Shown one piece after another: positions 1 to 9,040 of a DNA stretch of 61,795 nt (positions are counted from its first letter, which is position 1; every line of letters starts with the position of its first letter). The position numbers and the translations under genes were made by a program. The notes beneath the pieces were generated by a model, which searched no databases, was not told the origin of the DNA, and saw only the letters and a program-made list of their open reading frames with translations. Source of the stretch: an uncultured bacterium. Its GTDB lineage: Bacteria; UBP7; UBA6624. Location: assembly GCA_964012435.1 (NCBI GenBank), contig CAXGSM010000007.1, forward strand, positions 1 to 61,795. Direction: 5' to 3'.

Positions 1-54
1 AAAGGCAGAGGCCCCGGCAGAAGAGGCAAAGGCAGAGGCCCCGGCAGAAGAGGC
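1..54 (+). repeat. 27-bp perfect tandem repeat (2 copies) encoding KAEAPAEEA
   Basis: aaaggcagaggccccggcagaagaggc at 1-27 and 28-54. Confidence 0.9.
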
Positions 55-73
55 AAAAAAGGAGAATAAGTAA
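2..73 (+). CDS. rpsP: 3' end of a gene truncated by the window edge, probably ribosomal protein S16 with an Ala/Glu/Lys/Pro-rich tail
   Basis: Frame 2 reads KAEAPAEEAKAEAPAEEAKKENK-stop (TAA 71-73); the position before KH protein-trmD-rplS is the conserved rpsP slot. Identity is from synteny only. Confidence 0.6.
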   Translation, partial: KAEAPAEEAKAEAPAEEAKKENK

Positions 74-74
74 A

Positions 75-332
75 ATGGATAAATACGTAGATTTATTGAA
101 AACTATTATTCAACACTTAGTTGACAGTGAGGATGTTGAAATCGTTGCTGATTTTGATGAAGAGGATAGTTCAGGCCAGCTGATCATCAAGGTTCCAGAT
201 TCTGAAAAAGGACGTATTATTGGAAAATCAGGAAGAACAATACAGTCCTTAAGATCAATTTTTGGGGCAATTGGTGCAAAAAATTCACATCGAATTTTCG
301 TTGACCTAGAAAAAGAAGACGAGGAAGAGTAG
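75..332 (+). CDS. khpA: KH-domain RNA-binding protein (KhpA/YlqC family)
   Basis: GRIIGKSGRTIQSLR GxxG loop; between putative rpsP and trmD. Confidence 0.9.
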   Translation: MDKYVDLLKTIIQHLVDSEDVEIVADFDEEDSSGQLIIKVPDSEKGRIIGKSGRTIQSLRSIFGAIGAKNSHRIFVDLEKEDEEE

Positions 333-341
333 GTTTAGAAG

Positions 342-1037
342 ATGAGCTTTGCAATAGATGTCATCAGCATTTTCCCATCAGCGATAAGCGACTATTGCGA
401 TAATGCTTTATTGAAAAAAGCTCAACAAGACGGTTACTTAACATTACGATGTCATGATTTACGCCAGTGGAGTATCGACAATGCACACAAGTCTGTTGAT
501 GACACCCCGTTTGGCGGCGGTGCAGGTATGGTTATGAGACCAGAGCCTTTTTTCGCTGCAGTTGATGACATCAAACGTGAATATTGGGTAAACAAAAATC
601 CAGATGTTATCTTGCTTTCCCCACAAGGAAAAAAATTAAATCAAAAAGATGTTCAGAAATTATCATCAAAAGACGGTTTCATCTTGCTATGTGGCCGTTA
701 TGAAGGTGTTGATGAAAGAGTTGTAAAAGGCTTAGTAACTCATGAAATTTCTTTAGGTGATTTTGTTGTCATGGGTGGTGAGGTTGCTGCTTTAAGCATT
801 ATTGAAAGTACAGCAAGATTACAGAAAGGGTTTATTTCACAAGAGTCTTTAAATGAGGAATCGTTTTCAAATAGTTTACTGGAATATCCGCAATATACAA
901 GACCAAGAAAATTTCAAGGAATGAAAGTCCCTGAAGTTTTATTATCTGGGAATCATGCCAAAATTGCATCCTGGAGAAAAAAGCAAGCGCTGCAAAGGAC
1001 AATAGAGAAAAGACCTGATTTAATCAGGAACAATTAG
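342..1037 (+). CDS. trmD: tRNA (guanine37-N1)-methyltransferase
   Basis: VDDTPFGGGAGMVM, CGRYEGVDERV, LLEYPQYTRP motifs. Confidence 0.97.
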   Translation: MSFAIDVISIFPSAISDYCDNALLKKAQQDGYLTLRCHDLRQWSIDNAHKSVDDTPFGGGAGMVMRPEPFFAAVDDIKREYWVNKNPDVILLSPQGKKLNQKDVQKLSSKDGFILLCGRYEGVDERVVKGLVTHEISLGDFVVMGGEVAALSIIESTARLQKGFISQESLNEESFSNSLLEYPQYTRPRKFQGMKVPEVLLSGNHAKIASWRKKQALQRTIEKRPDLIRNN

Positions 1038-1048
1038 GAGAAAATATT

Positions 1049-1408
1049 ATGGCTATAAAAATTAATTCAAAAGTAAAAGCATACTTGGAAAAAAACAAGA
1101 AAGAAGTTGTTGATTTTAGAGCAGGAGACACTATTAAAGTTGTATACAAAGAGGATGATGGCGACAAAGGGCAACCTGTCCAAACATTTGAAGGTGTTTG
1201 TATTGCTAAAAAAGGAGGCTCTCAACCAGGAGCTACCTTTACCTTGAGAAAAGATAGCAGTAATATTGGCGTTGAAAAAACTTTTCCATTATTCAGTTCC
1301 AGATTAGAAAAAATTTCAATTGTTAGAAAAGGGAAAGTAAGAAGGTCAAAATTGTTTTATTTGAGAGGTTTGTCAAAGAGAGCTGCAAGAATCAAAGAAA
1401 GACGATAA
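1049..1408 (+). CDS. rplS: 50S ribosomal protein L19
   Basis: FRAGDTIKV, QTFEGVCI, GVEKTFP, GKVRRSKLFYLR; AGGAG RBS upstream. Confidence 0.97.
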   Translation: MAIKINSKVKAYLEKNKKEVVDFRAGDTIKVVYKEDDGDKGQPVQTFEGVCIAKKGGSQPGATFTLRKDSSNIGVEKTFPLFSSRLEKISIVRKGKVRRSKLFYLRGLSKRAARIKERR

Positions 1409-1417
1409 TTTTACATT

Positions 1418-2263
1418 TTGCAAACATCCATTGACATTAAAGCTTCTGGGAAATTTGAAAAAATAAACCCAGAAATTTTACAGCAATTCAAATCTGGCAT
1501 TATTTGTATTGATTTTGGCAATTTGAAAACTCAAAAAAACCAAGGGAAAGAGGTAAATTGGGAAAAAGGCGATGATCTTTTTGTTTCGACTTTACGTCAT
1601 GGAAAAATTAAAATCAAAGACAAGTCAACAGAAGGCTATAAAGAGCTTCAGGTTCAGCCGACAATGCAGTCTCAAGCATTGGATTGGCTAGAGTCTATTG
1701 GTTTTGCTTTATTTTGGTTTGCTGTCATCTCCACCTGGTTATTAGCGTCATTTGTGGTTCCAACAGCCTCTATGACCCCTAATCTTGAAATAGGCGATAA
1801 GCTTTTTGGTTTAAAAACATATTATTTTTCAGATCCACCAATAGGAAGTATGGTTATATTTGAACCTCCAGCAAGCATCAAGCAAACAAATGGTGAATTA
1901 TGGGTTAAAAGAATTATTGCCGGTCCGGGCGATATGGTTGTTATTGACCAAGGTTATGTTTATGTAAATGATGTTTTAATCAATGAGATTTATGTTTCCG
2001 AGCAAAAAACTTCTGCTTATACCGGTAAATATAATGAAGGGTTTTCGGACGGCCCTAAAATGAAGGAGATTCGCAGGGAATGGTTCATCCCAGAAAAAGG
2101 CAATCCAGATTCAGGTTGGTTTGTCCTTGGCGACAATCGAGAAAATTCATTTGACTCCAGGGCATTTGGATTAGTGCCAGATAAAAACATAAGAGGAAAG
2201 CCTTGGGTTATATGGTCTCCTGCAAGCAAAATTGGATCTATCCCTAATTTGAATTCAAAATGA
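1418..2263 (+). CDS. lepB: Signal peptidase I with N-terminal extension
   Basis: TM helix then ASMTPNL (Ser), VKRII (Lys), GDNRENSFDSR; TTG start uncertain. Confidence 0.9.
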   Translation: MQTSIDIKASGKFEKINPEILQQFKSGIICIDFGNLKTQKNQGKEVNWEKGDDLFVSTLRHGKIKIKDKSTEGYKELQVQPTMQSQALDWLESIGFALFWFAVISTWLLASFVVPTASMTPNLEIGDKLFGLKTYYFSDPPIGSMVIFEPPASIKQTNGELWVKRIIAGPGDMVVIDQGYVYVNDVLINEIYVSEQKTSAYTGKYNEGFSDGPKMKEIRREWFIPEKGNPDSGWFVLGDNRENSFDSRAFGLVPDKNIRGKPWVIWSPASKIGSIPNLNSK

Positions 2264-3039
2264 TTAACCCATGGAAAAAACTATCAAAAGCAAGTCTTTT
2301 TTTGGAGGTTTTAGATGCTCGTGCACCTAAGGCAACAACCTCTCTTACCTTCCACAAAGAATTTAAGGGAAGGTCAAAAATTATATTTTTAATGAAGACA
2401 TCATTGGCAGACAGGAGTATTACAAGGTTATGGATCAGACATTATCGTTCTTTGGGAAACATGGTAATTAGTGTAGATAAAAGCAACCCAAGATCTATTG
2501 TTGAAGCAAGAGCCGCTTTGGCAGATTGGGCAAAACATAGAAGCAGGACACGTCAAATACGTGCTAGTGTCGTGGGTATACCTAATACTGGCAAGTCCAG
2601 CCTGATTAACGCTTTAGTTGGGCGAAAAAGACAGCTTACTGGTGATAGGGCTGGCATAACAAGAGGCGAGGAGTGGGTGAAACTTGTTGATGGTATCATG
2701 CTTTTAGATCAGCCTGGGGTAATGGGCGATGACGATGTTGACTTAGACGCCTATTGGAGGAGAGTGTGTTGCGGAGCCGTTCCTGAAGGTGATTATGATC
2801 CTGAGTTTATTGCAATGCAGCTTATTTCAACTTTAAATAAGTTTATACCTGCTTGGGATGAGCATTTAAACCTAGCTGGTGATGATGAGTCAGAAGGAGA
2901 CTTGCTATCACGACTTGCTGCAAGACAGGGTTTTATCCTTTCAGGTGGCAGGTTGGACAAAAATGCTGCAGCTCTAAGGCTAATTAAAATTTACAGAAAA
3001 GGAAAATTTGGAAAAATATCATTAGAAAAGCCAGAATGA
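2260..3039 (+). CDS. rbgA: Ribosome biogenesis GTPase RbgA/YlqF (divergent motifs)
   Basis: EVLDARAP, GIPNTGKSS (G1), GITR (G2), DQPG (G3), GKFGKISLE C-terminus; lepB-rbgA-rnhB synteny. Confidence 0.88.
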   Translation: MINPWKKLSKASLFLEVLDARAPKATTSLTFHKEFKGRSKIIFLMKTSLADRSITRLWIRHYRSLGNMVISVDKSNPRSIVEARAALADWAKHRSRTRQIRASVVGIPNTGKSSLINALVGRKRQLTGDRAGITRGEEWVKLVDGIMLLDQPGVMGDDDVDLDAYWRRVCCGAVPEGDYDPEFIAMQLISTLNKFIPAWDEHLNLAGDDESEGDLLSRLAARQGFILSGGRLDKNAAALRLIKIYRKGKFGKISLEKPE

Positions 3040-3593
3040 TTGGCATAGATGAAGCTGGAAGAGGGGCTCTTGCTGGTCCTGTGGTTGCAGCTTGTGTTTG
3101 TTTACATCAAAAAATCAATAACATTAATGATAGTAAAAAATTATCTTTCAAAAAAAGATTAGAAGTGTTTGAGGCGATAAAAAAACAAGCAGATTTTATT
3201 GGAATTGGTATTGTTGGTCCGCGGATTATAGATGAAGGAAATATTTTAAAAGCAACTCTTAATGCAATGAAATTATCCCATCAAGGTTGCCCAGAAACCG
3301 ATATCCCTGTAATTGTTGATGGTAACGTTTTGCCAGATATTGATAATGCAGAATGTGTAGTGAAGGCAGATGCAAAATTTCCTGCAGTGATGGCGGCTAG
3401 TATCGTGGCAAAAGTTTATCGTGACTCAATCATGATTGCTCTTTCAAATAAGTATAGAAGTTTTAATTTTGATGAAAACATGGGTTACGGCACTTCTTTG
3501 CATCTGCAAAGCATATCAGATTTTAAAATATCAGATTATCATCGTACTAGCTTCAAGCCAGTGGCGATAAAAAAATTATTAAGTAATGAATAA
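3036..3593 (+). CDS. rnhB: Ribonuclease HII
   Basis: GIDEAGRGALAGPV, DSKKL, AASIVAKV, HRTSF. Confidence 0.96.
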   Translation: MIGIDEAGRGALAGPVVAACVCLHQKINNINDSKKLSFKKRLEVFEAIKKQADFIGIGIVGPRIIDEGNILKATLNAMKLSHQGCPETDIPVIVDGNVLPDIDNAECVVKADAKFPAVMAASIVAKVYRDSIMIALSNKYRSFNFDENMGYGTSLHLQSISDFKISDYHRTSFKPVAIKKLLSNE

Positions 3594-4536
3594 ACCTATA
3601 GACAGATACGAATTTTTCAATGGTGCAGAATGGTCATTCTATGCAAATGCAAAAGCACTTCCGCTTCACTTTCCCAACCCCTCCCCGCAATCTGATCAAG
3701 TATTGATAACAATTCGCACCTCGTTAGGCACCTTAAGACACGAGGAGGAGTTTGGGAAAGAGTTAAAAATGCCTTTACCTTATAACGGGGTTGATTTTGA
3801 TATAAGTTCTTTAAACCCAGGAAAGACTACCATTGTTATTGCTGCAGGCGATAACGTTATCGCATCTGCTTCTGTATTTTTTAAACCAACCGAGGTTACA
3901 AATATGAAGTCAGGCCTGTTTAGGTTGGCAAGATTTGTCTTATTGTTGTTTTTGGTTAAATCTTTTTTTCTTAGTGCGGGAGCTGTTCCAGTTGAGCAGG
4001 AAAATTTTGCTGAATCCTCAATGGCGACTACCTTAAATCTTGGAGAAAGGTTTTTTTACTCAAAAATATCTTATATTTTTAAAGCCCCTAAAAAAGGTGA
4101 TGTAATCGCCTTTTTTAAAGATGTTGATTATGAGAAATTAGCCAAAATTGAAGGTGCTGGCAAAGGTAAAACCACCAAGGTTTTATTTGTTAAGAGGGTT
4201 ATTGCAACTGCAGGTGACGAAGTGCAGATTTTAGGCAATCAGGTTTATATAAATGGAAACCTCCTTCAGGAAGAATACATTAAATCAGGTGAATCTTCCA
4301 TGGATATTGGGCCTATCATTGTTCCAGCTGACCATCTTTTTGTTATGGGCGATAATAGACCATACTCAGAGGACTCTAGACATTGGATATCACAATCTTC
4401 AGGAAATTTTATACTAGAAGGATTTAGCGCAAATGCTGATTATTCTGAATCCGGAGGCTTTATCCCTGTCGACGATGTTGCAGGAATTCCCTTTCTTGTT
4501 TTCTGGCCGCTGAGTGAATTCAGACTAATTCGTTAA
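3586..4536 (+). CDS. lepB: Second signal peptidase I with N-terminal extension
   Basis: SSMATTL, FVKRVIA, GDNRPYSEDSR; TM helix after about 105 aa. Confidence 0.85.
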   Translation: MNKPIDRYEFFNGAEWSFYANAKALPLHFPNPSPQSDQVLITIRTSLGTLRHEEEFGKELKMPLPYNGVDFDISSLNPGKTTIVIAAGDNVIASASVFFKPTEVTNMKSGLFRLARFVLLLFLVKSFFLSAGAVPVEQENFAESSMATTLNLGERFFYSKISYIFKAPKKGDVIAFFKDVDYEKLAKIEGAGKGKTTKVLFVKRVIATAGDEVQILGNQVYINGNLLQEEYIKSGESSMDIGPIIVPADHLFVMGDNRPYSEDSRHWISQSSGNFILEGFSANADYSESGGFIPVDDVAGIPFLVFWPLSEFRLIR

Positions 4537-4539
4537 AGG

Positions 4540-5904
4540 CTAACGCGCTAAAGACCCCATTGGATCCCAAGGATTCAGTTCGATAGGTTTTTGCTTTGCT
4601 ATATCCAAGATATTTTCAGAAACATATTTTTTATCTACAACAACTTCATAATTAAATTCATCAAACCATTTGTCAGTCATGATGAAATAACCTTTACTAC
4701 CAACTTTATCACCCCAAGAATTTTCAACTCTCCATTTTTCTATCTGGTCGTTTTGGATGTCAACACCAGTAAAAACCATTGCATGAGTCATTGCGCTATC
4801 TCCATAATCCAATCTAGCTCCTTTGTTCAACGCAGTATCCGTACCTATTACTAGCTTATAGTCATATAGGTCCATATCCATTACACCAATGTCTCTATGG
4901 AAGCGTTTTCCAACATCGCAGCCAAACCACACAGCCTCACCATCCTTGATTGACGCTGCTGCAGCTTGTTTAACCACATCAATATCTACATTTAAATATC
5001 TGGTTGGGAAACCTTCAACAATATTCCCTAGATACTTTACAGTCAATACATTATTGAGTGGCTTATCTTTAGTTGGAGCATTCACAAGGCAAACTTTATC
5101 ATTGATATTGAAGGGTACATGTTTCTCCATGAACTCTTTTGGTGTGATGCCTTGAAAATCAAAGAATTTTTTATCTTTATCCCTAAATTGCCAATCAAAT
5201 TTTTTTGGTGGCTCACCTAAGAATATGCATAATATTCGGTAAATTTCTTGCATTTGGTTGTTTTTTAGTTTTCGTAATTCTGAAACTTGACTACCGGATT
5301 GGTCAAGGTCTCTTAATTGTTTTGCATACTCTCTTAATTTATGCAGAATCATTCTGTTCATTAGTCCTGAATTGCTAGAGGCGTATGACTCCGGCATAGC
5401 GTCTTTTGGAACTACTCCATATTTATTTATAAGGTTAACAAACATGTCCCATTGCCCACCATCTGAAATTGCAGTCTGAAAAAGCCACATAACAGTCCTA
5501 TCATCTACAGGTTTTTCCTTTGTATCTATTATGCTCTCTAGGAAATAATTAGATTTTTCAAATTTATCCCAAAAAAACATATAGCTTTGAGAAAATTCAA
5601 ACTCTTCTAAGTTATGTTTTGCCATTAACGGTAATCGCATTACATTTAAAGCAGCAAAAATCCAACATCTACCACTTGATTTTTGACTTGTTGCTTTGCC
5701 CTCCAATGGAACAAGATGTGAAAATGTATGTTGAGCATTTACAAAAGCATTTCTAGACATAGCAACATCAGTAATAGAGTTTTTAGTAACTGCATTCATG
5801 GCTAACATATTTTTCGGATCTTGACAAAATTCTTGATTGAATTGACTAATAGCATCCATGGTTATCTCACCATGTTGCATTTCTGGTTTATTTAAATTAT
5901 TCAT
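4540..5904 (-). CDS. pepC: Aminopeptidase C / bleomycin hydrolase (peptidase C1B)
   Basis: QKSSGRCW, DGGQW, MTHAM, VENSWG, PWDPMG C-terminus. Confidence 0.95.
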   Translation of the reverse strand: MNNLNKPEMQHGEITMDAISQFNQEFCQDPKNMLAMNAVTKNSITDVAMSRNAFVNAQHTFSHLVPLEGKATSQKSSGRCWIFAALNVMRLPLMAKHNLEEFEFSQSYMFFWDKFEKSNYFLESIIDTKEKPVDDRTVMWLFQTAISDGGQWDMFVNLINKYGVVPKDAMPESYASSNSGLMNRMILHKLREYAKQLRDLDQSGSQVSELRKLKNNQMQEIYRILCIFLGEPPKKFDWQFRDKDKKFFDFQGITPKEFMEKHVPFNINDKVCLVNAPTKDKPLNNVLTVKYLGNIVEGFPTRYLNVDIDVVKQAAAASIKDGEAVWFGCDVGKRFHRDIGVMDMDLYDYKLVIGTDTALNKGARLDYGDSAMTHAMVFTGVDIQNDQIEKWRVENSWGDKVGSKGYFIMTDKWFDEFNYEVVVDKKYVSENILDIAKQKPIELNPWDPMGSLAR

Positions 5905-5935
5905 AAGTGATAATAATAACAGTATTAAGTAAAAA

Positions 5936-7705
5936 TTAGCTGAAAATTTTACCTGTTTGTATATCCCAAAGATTTTTGTAATATGAATTTTTTAAAATCA
6001 ACTCATCGTGCTTGCCACTTTCAACCACTAGGCCATCTTTGATAACCAAGATAACATCAGCCTGACGAACTGTGGACAGCCTATGGGCAATGATAATTGT
6101 TGTTTTCTTTTTTGCAATTTCAGAAAGTGATTTTTGAATCGCCATCTCTGTCTCATTGTCAACCGATGAGGTCGCCTCATCAAAAACTACAATAGGTGCA
6201 TTTTTAATAATTGCCCTAGCGATTGATAAACGTTGACGTTGCCCAACAGATAATTTTTCACCACCTTCTCCAACCAGAGTTTGGTATTTTTCAGGCAATT
6301 GCTGAATGAAGGAGTCTGACTCTGACAAAATAGCTGCTTCTTTAACTTCCAAAGAATTTGGGCTTACTGATCCGTACTCAATATTTTTCATTATCGTGCC
6401 AGGAAAAAGAATTGTTTTCTGGCTGACTAAAGATATTGCACTCCGAAAACTTTTTAATGAGTAATTATTTATATTTTTTCCATCCAGCAAGATCTCACCT
6501 TTGCTTGGTTCGTAAAACCTAAGAAGCAATCTTATCAAGCTGGTTTTTCCAGATCCAGTTGCTCCAACAATACCTATGGTTGACTTGGCAGCAAGAGATA
6601 TATTCAAATCTTGAAATAGATTATTTCTTTCCGGATAAGAGAAAGAGATGTTTTTGAACTCTATTTGCCCTTTTATGCTTTTTAAATCAAGCTCTTCATC
6701 ACCTTTTGTGACTGTCATTTTTGTATCCAAAAGATCAAGAACTCTATCGGTAGACGCCATTGCTCGATGATATAGATCAAAAGTTTTGCCCAAATTTGTT
6801 AATGGCCACAAAAGTCTTTGAGTCATGAAAACCATTACACTGTATGCGGCTACTTCAAGAACACCTTCTAACGCTAATTTGCCACCATAAATCAGTGTTG
6901 CTGTAAAGCCAACAACTATTACCATTCTTATCAGCGGTGTAAATGCTGCACTCAAACTTATTGCATGTTTGTTTGCTTCAACATAGCCCATAGAGGATTT
7001 TTTTATCCTTTCACTTTCATACTCTTCTTTTGTAAAACTTTTTATTGTTGTAACGCCAAGCAGATTATTAGCGAGCATTGCATTCAGTTCCCCAACTCTT
7101 TTTCGAACCAATGCATAACGTGGAGCAATCTTGTTTTGAAATTTAAATGATCCAAGGATTATGAAGGGGATTGGCAGTATCGCCCATACTGCAACCTGGC
7201 TTTGGATTGAAAAAAAAGCGGAAGAAATCACCAAAACCGTAGTTGTCACTTGTAGCAAATCATTGGCGCCCTCATCCAAAAAGCGTTCTAGCTGGTTGAT
7301 ATCATCATTCATTATTGACATTAATTCACCTTGAGATTGTTCTTTAAACCAACCCATATGTAGGTTTTGCACATGCGTGTAACACTCAGTTCTTAATTCA
7401 TGCTGAACCTCTTGTGCTAAATTCCTCCAGAATAAACTGTATAGGTATTGAAATATTGATTCGAGCGCCCATACGACAACTGTCAAAACTGCAAGAACGG
7501 TTATCTGGTCTAAGGGATTAGGGTATCCAAATTCAGCCAATACTGAATCCTCTTTACGAACCACTATATCAACCGCTGCTCCAATAAGTACCGGTGGTGC
7601 AAGGTCCAGTATTTTGTTCATTACGGAAAAAGAACTTGCGAGTATTACTTTCTTTTTTTTACCTTTTAGGTACGTTAGTAATCTTTTTAATGGATTTTTA
7701 TTCAT
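5936..7705 (-). CDS. ABC exporter, fused permease/ATPase (MsbA/MdlB-like)
   Basis: N-terminal TM domain; GATGSGKT, LSVGQ, DEATS, IAHRLST. Confidence 0.93.
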   Translation of the reverse strand: MNKNPLKRLLTYLKGKKKKVILASSFSVMNKILDLAPPVLIGAAVDIVVRKEDSVLAEFGYPNPLDQITVLAVLTVVVWALESIFQYLYSLFWRNLAQEVQHELRTECYTHVQNLHMGWFKEQSQGELMSIMNDDINQLERFLDEGANDLLQVTTTVLVISSAFFSIQSQVAVWAILPIPFIILGSFKFQNKIAPRYALVRKRVGELNAMLANNLLGVTTIKSFTKEEYESERIKKSSMGYVEANKHAISLSAAFTPLIRMVIVVGFTATLIYGGKLALEGVLEVAAYSVMVFMTQRLLWPLTNLGKTFDLYHRAMASTDRVLDLLDTKMTVTKGDEELDLKSIKGQIEFKNISFSYPERNNLFQDLNISLAAKSTIGIVGATGSGKTSLIRLLLRFYEPSKGEILLDGKNINNYSLKSFRSAISLVSQKTILFPGTIMKNIEYGSVSPNSLEVKEAAILSESDSFIQQLPEKYQTLVGEGGEKLSVGQRQRLSIARAIIKNAPIVVFDEATSSVDNETEMAIQKSLSEIAKKKTTIIIAHRLSTVRQADVILVIKDGLVVESGKHDELILKNSYYKNLWDIQTGKIFS

Positions 7706-8294
7706 TTTTTAATTTATTTTCCAGCCAATAGATTGCAAGAATCACACTCGCAACAAAAATTTCATGTTTTGCGATCAATTTTAAAGCTCGTTTTCTGGAA
7801 ATTTTGATAACTTTTGTATTTTCACCAATTGAATCTAATCCATAAACCCCCCCCGCATTTTGACTATCTGCTTCTGCATAAAATAGCCACATTCTTTCAG
7901 TAGTTGCACCTGGGCTAACTAGATGATCCGAAATTAGAGTTAATTCACCCTTTAGATCAATGCCCGTTTCTTCTTTGACTTCTCTTACTGCACAGTTTTC
8001 AGGTGATTCGTTTTTCTCTAATGTTCCAGCAACGATCTCCAAAGTCCAAGGTCCTTTCGGGTGCCTGGTTGCTCCTGCCCGAAATTGCTCAACCATTATT
8101 AGAGTATCGTGCTTTGGATCATAAATAAGAACAGCAACAGCATCTCCCCTTTCGAATATTTCTCTTCTCACCTCATCACTCCAGGTGTTATCGAATTTTT
8201 TATATTTCACTAGAGCTTCGAGATACTCAAAATAACCAGAATACAGTTTATTCTTTTTTACCAAGGTCCATTTTTTTTCATGATCTTGTTTCAT
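7698..8294 (-). CDS. nudF: ADP-ribose pyrophosphatase (Nudix)
   Basis: REIFERGDAV, EQFR, Nudix box AG...AVREVKEETG, SPG. Confidence 0.88.
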   Translation of the reverse strand: MKQDHEKKWTLVKKNKLYSGYFEYLEALVKYKKFDNTWSDEVRREIFERGDAVAVLIYDPKHDTLIMVEQFRAGATRHPKGPWTLEIVAGTLEKNESPENCAVREVKEETGIDLKGELTLISDHLVSPGATTERMWLFYAEADSQNAGGVYGLDSIGENTKVIKISRKRALKLIAKHEIFVASVILAIYWLENKLKNE

Positions 8295-8301
8295 TAATGG
8301 A

Positions 8302-8311
8302 AGTCTATGAT
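8302..8311. promoter_or_regulatory. Symmetric bidirectional -10 element (TAGACT minus / TATGAT plus)
   Basis: AGTCTATGAT; 7 nt from nudF ATG and 6 nt from ATG 8318. Confidence 0.55.
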
Positions 8312-8317
8312 ATCAAC

Positions 8318-9040
8318 ATGAAAGCTAGTTACGGAATTAAGCTTTTTTTGATATTTGCAATAGTAATTTTTGCTAGATTGGGTTTATGGCAGGCTGATAG
8401 ACATCGCGAAAAGATTGCATTAAGCTCTTTCATAGAGAGCCAGATGGAAAAGCCAATACTTGACTCTCCTGATGTTCAAGATTTTTCATTTCGTATGATT
8501 GATTCCGAAGGCACATATGCAAATCATTATGTTTTGGTGCCAGGTAGATATTTCCAAAACACCGAAGGTTTTAGTTTAATATCTTTATTTAAGCCAGTAT
8601 TTTCTGACTCTTATTACATTATTGATCGAGGTTGGATTCCTAGGAATTTTAATTTTGATATTTATGAATTTTTGAAAAAAGACAATACTGGTAGTGGGAT
8701 CTTGTTAAGTTTTGAAAATTTTGAAAATAACCAAGAATCTGAAGGTTTATTGAGAGATAATTCAACAATATTTAAAACTTTTCATCCAGAATCTCTGAAA
8801 TTACATTTTGAAGATAGCTTTCCCACAATCAATATAGAAGACTTTGTTATTTTGGCTGGCAAAGAAAATAAAAAAGGCACAATTGTTGCAGATAACTCTG
8901 AAGAGGTTGTTGCTTGGTGGGTGTTGCCTTATCGAGATCTGCCTCATATGGGTTATTCGGTAACATGGTTTGGTTTAATGCTGGTATCTATTGGTTTTTT
9001 TGTAAGGTTATTTCCAAGTAGACACCAAGATAAAAAGTGA
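8318..9040 (+). CDS. SURF1/Shy1 family protein (heme-copper oxidase assembly)
   Basis: LGLWQADR, IDRGWIP, HMGYSVTWF; start moved from 8297 to 8318. Confidence 0.88.
   Translation: MKASYGIKLFLIFAIVIFARLGLWQADRHREKIALSSFIESQMEKPILDSPDVQDFSFRMIDSEGTYANHYVLVPGRYFQNTEGFSLISLFKPVFSDSYYIIDRGWIPRNFNFDIYEFLKKDNTGSGILLSFENFENNQESEGLLRDNSTIFKTFHPESLKLHFEDSFPTINIEDFVILAGKENKKGTIVADNSEEVVAWWVLPYRDLPHMGYSVTWFGLMLVSIGFFVRLFPSRHQDKK

Noticed and set aside
1..54. 27-bp repeat as a CRISPR remnant
   Set aside because: Tandem with no spacer and in frame with a low-complexity protein tail.
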